Translations under genes and position numbers: made by a program
Source of the DNA: Alphaproteobacteria bacterium
GTDB taxonomy: Bacteria; Pseudomonadota; Alphaproteobacteria; GM7ARS4; G965262615
Assembly (NCBI GenBank): GCA_965262615.1
Contig: OZ253545.1
Location: 448,001 to 512,000 of the forward strand
Direction of reading: 5' to 3'
Length of the DNA stretch: 64,000 nucleotides
The notes under the pieces: generated by a model
Told to the model about the DNA's origin: nothing
The model's input: only the letters and a program-made list of their open reading frames with translations
The model's database searches: none
Part shown: positions 61,463 to 64,000 of the stretch, piece after piece
Position numbering within the stretch: the stretch's first letter is position 1
How the letters are laid out: every line of letters starts with the position of its first letter

Positions 61463-63403
61463 ATGAGAAATGGCAATCACACATCGGCGTTGCTGGCGCA
61501 ATTGGACACCATTATTGAACGCCAGAAAAAGGCATTAGGAAAGCAACAAAAAAAGGATGGACACTGGGTCTATCGTTTGGAGGCGGATGTCACCGTTCCC
61601 GCCGATGTCATCTTCATGCATCATGTCATTGGCATTGCCGATGATGGCTTGCTGGAGCGCATTGCTCGCTACATTCGCCGCTGCCAGATGAAAGAGGGCG
61701 GCTGGGCATTGTTTCACGGCGGCGATTGTGACCTCACCGCCAGTGTGAAGGCGTATGTGGCGTTGAAGCTTGTGGGGGACAGCAAGGATGCCCCTCATAT
61801 GGAGCGGGCGCGTGATGCCATTGCAAAAGCGGGCGGTGTGATGAAGGCTCAAATTTTTGCTCGCATTCCGCTGGTGCTTTTTGGATTTCTTCCATGGCGG
61901 GCGATTCCTGTGTTGCCCGTGGAATGGATCTTTTTGCCGCGCTGGGCGCCTTTTCACTTGAGCAAGGTGTCCTACTGGTCGCGCGTGACCATTGTGCCGT
62001 TGATGATTTTGATGGCACTCAAACCCAAAGCCGCCAATCCCAACAATGTGACCATTGACGAATTGTTTAGCGTCTCTCCTCACAGCGTGAAGCGTTACAA
62101 TGTCAATACCACCGGCACGATTGTGGGGTATGTTCTGTTATTGATTGATGATTTTTTGCGTTTTTTAGAACCCATTGCGCCTCCTTTTTTAAGACGCATG
62201 GCGGTGCGCCGTGCCTTTCGCTGGTGTGTCGCCCATGCCAATGGCGTGGGGGGGCTTGGCGGCATTCTGCCGCCGATGGTGTATCTGGCGATGGTGTGTC
62301 ACTTTCTTGGGTTGCGCAATCACAAAGCCTACACAGAGACTTTGGAGGCAATCAGACTGCTCATCGTGGAGGGCGAGTATGAGGGTGAGGTGTTGTGTCA
62401 ATCGTGCGTCTCGCCGGTGTGGGACACCGGACTTGCCATGCATGCCCAATTGGAGGCGGGAGTCGCTACCGATGATTCTTCCATGCGTGAGGCGGCTTCA
62501 TGGCTGATGGAACGAGAGGTGCGCATCAAGGGGGATTGGGCAATTGGTCGCCCACAGCTGGCGGCGGGCGGTTGGGCGTTTCAATATCTCAATGACCACT
62601 ATCCCGATGTGGATGACACCGCCGTCGTGGCAATGGCTTTGGATCGCATGCAAGACCATCGCTATGAACCCGTCATTCGCCGCGCCGAGCAATGGATTCT
62701 CGGCATGCAAAGCCAGAGCGGCGGATGGGGAGCGTTTGAAGCCGACAATGACTATCAATACTTCAATCACATTCCATTCAATGACCACGGCGCGTTGCTT
62801 GACCCTCCCACAGCCGATGTCTCGGCGCGCTGCATCAGCTTTTTGGCACAGCGCGGGTATGATGTCGCCCATCCCGTCATGAAAAAAGCCATCGGCTATC
62901 TCAAAAAAGAGCAAGAAGATGATGGTTCGTGGTATGGACGATGGGGAACCAATTACATCTATGGCACATGGTCGGCAATCAGTGCGCTGGTGGCAGTCGG
63001 AGAGGATGCCGCCAGTGATGCCATGCGCCGTGCCGTCTCGTTTTTGTTGAACAGACAAAATGATGACGGCGGCTGGGGCGAGAGCTGCCGCAGCTATTGG
63101 CAAGAACAACGCAATGCACCCTGTCGCAGCACGCCGTCGCAAACATCATGGGCAATGCTGGGACTGATGAGCGCAGGTGAAATTGACAATCAAGCGGTGC
63201 AAGAGGGCATCGCGTATCTCATGGCGCGCGCCCCAAAAGATGGAGCTGACCGATGGCAAGAGGATGACTATACGGCTGTTGGATTTCCAAGGGTCTTCTA
63301 CTTGCGCTATCACGGCTACTCGGCGTATTTTCCGCTCTACGCACTGGCGCGCTACCGCCACATGACGACAAGCAACAGCGGAAATACGCTATACGGAATT
63401 TGA
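61463..63403 (+). CDS. shc: Squalene-hopene cyclase
   Basis: QW repeats (Q..DGHW, QEDDGSW, QNDDGGW), SPVWDT, catalytic DVDDTAVV, GFP..FYLRY. Confidence 0.97.
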   Translation: MRNGNHTSALLAQLDTIIERQKKALGKQQKKDGHWVYRLEADVTVPADVIFMHHVIGIADDGLLERIARYIRRCQMKEGGWALFHGGDCDLTASVKAYVALKLVGDSKDAPHMERARDAIAKAGGVMKAQIFARIPLVLFGFLPWRAIPVLPVEWIFLPRWAPFHLSKVSYWSRVTIVPLMILMALKPKAANPNNVTIDELFSVSPHSVKRYNVNTTGTIVGYVLLLIDDFLRFLEPIAPPFLRRMAVRRAFRWCVAHANGVGGLGGILPPMVYLAMVCHFLGLRNHKAYTETLEAIRLLIVEGEYEGEVLCQSCVSPVWDTGLAMHAQLEAGVATDDSSMREAASWLMEREVRIKGDWAIGRPQLAAGGWAFQYLNDHYPDVDDTAVVAMALDRMQDHRYEPVIRRAEQWILGMQSQSGGWGAFEADNDYQYFNHIPFNDHGALLDPPTADVSARCISFLAQRGYDVAHPVMKKAIGYLKKEQEDDGSWYGRWGTNYIYGTWSAISALVAVGEDAASDAMRRAVSFLLNRQNDDGGWGESCRSYWQEQRNAPCRSTPSQTSWAMLGLMSAGEIDNQAVQEGIAYLMARAPKDGADRWQEDDYTAVGFPRVFYLRYHGYSAYFPLYALARYRHMTTSNSGNTLYGI

Positions 63404-63608
63404 GAGAGTCTATAGTAGGAATTGTATCTGGTTATTTGTATCAATTGACAGCTTTTCAGCATGCACGGATTCGGAGCTAGTGAGGATAGAACTTTCGATT
63501 TTCAACATAGAATCGTTTATCTCGGTAATAACTGCACCGCTAGCACATTCTGGCAAAGCCAAGCACACCACAAACAAAGCACCCCCCTTTTTACAAAGCA
63601 AATGCAAA

Positions 63609-64000
63609 TTAAACAGGGCTATTTTGAAGGGGAACGGCTCTATTAATGGCTGTATTAACGGCTGTATTGACGGTTGTATTCACGGCTTTGAGGGAATCGG
63701 GCAGTTTGAAGACGACATTTTCTTCTTCGCCCTCCACAGGCACCATTTCAATTTTGCGATAGCGTCTCAGGGTGTCAATAAGCTCTTGCACCAGTTCATC
63801 GGGGGTGGATGCGCCGGAGGTGATTCCCACCGTTTCCACTCCTTGCAGCCACTCTTCTTTGAAGCGTGAGCAATCTTCCACCAGGTGACTCACCACTCCG
63901 CTTTGCAAGCCAATTTCTTTGAGGCGATTGGAGTTGGAGCTGTTGTGTGCCCCCACCACAAGTAACAGGTCAATCTTTTCGGCGACATGGCGCACCGCAC
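63609..64000 (-). CDS. ispH: 4-hydroxy-3-methylbut-2-enyl diphosphate reductase, C-terminal part (5' end outside the window)
   Basis: VVGAHNSSNSNRL.E, VGITSGASTP..LV, E.V.F.LP. Confidence 0.93.
   Translation of the reverse strand, partial: AVRHVAEKIDLLLVVGAHNSSNSNRLKEIGLQSGVVSHLVEDCSRFKEEWLQGVETVGITSGASTPDELVQELIDTLRRYRKIEMVPVEGEEENVVFKLPDSLKAVNTTVNTAVNTAINRAVPLQNSPV
63636..63687. repeat. 12-bp tandem repeat (about 4.3 copies) in the ispH 3' tail
   Basis: ggctctattaat ggctgtattaac ggctgtattgac ggttgtattcac ggct; encodes AVNTTVNTAVNTAINRA. Confidence 0.85.

Overview
Alphaproteobacterial chromosomal window, mostly housekeeping and cofactor genes, inferred from gene order (tRNA-Asp-nuoA..N-birA-coaX-rnj-mce; xseB-ispA) and protein families. 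In order: thrB (partial); an uncharacterised four-gene module with MotA/ExbB-like and MotB/ExbD-like membrane proteins; ctaA; cysH-cysD-cysNC coupled to a fused NfnL-NfnS-like oxidoreductase; CIRCE-controlled groES-groEL; an AT-rich Schlafen/AlbA_2 + Panacea + 2-TM islet; pqqB; an AT-rich ParB-like/HEPN-like + Dam-like methyltransferase insert; pqqCDE (pqqE frameshifted, no pqqA found); exbB-exbD-exbD-tonB; tRNA-Asp; the complete nuo operon; birA and coaX separated by a microhomology-joined, frame-preserving triplication; rnj, mce, icd; ABC and RND transporters; tusA; a CbiX/CbiD/CbiG-type corrin ring cluster; an HDAC-family gene; xseB, ispA, hpnD, hpnE, shc; and partial ispH. Best candidates for undescribed systems: the two AT-rich putative defence islets flanking pqqB and the MotA-like four-gene module. 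All family calls come from motif recognition by eye; no database searches were run.
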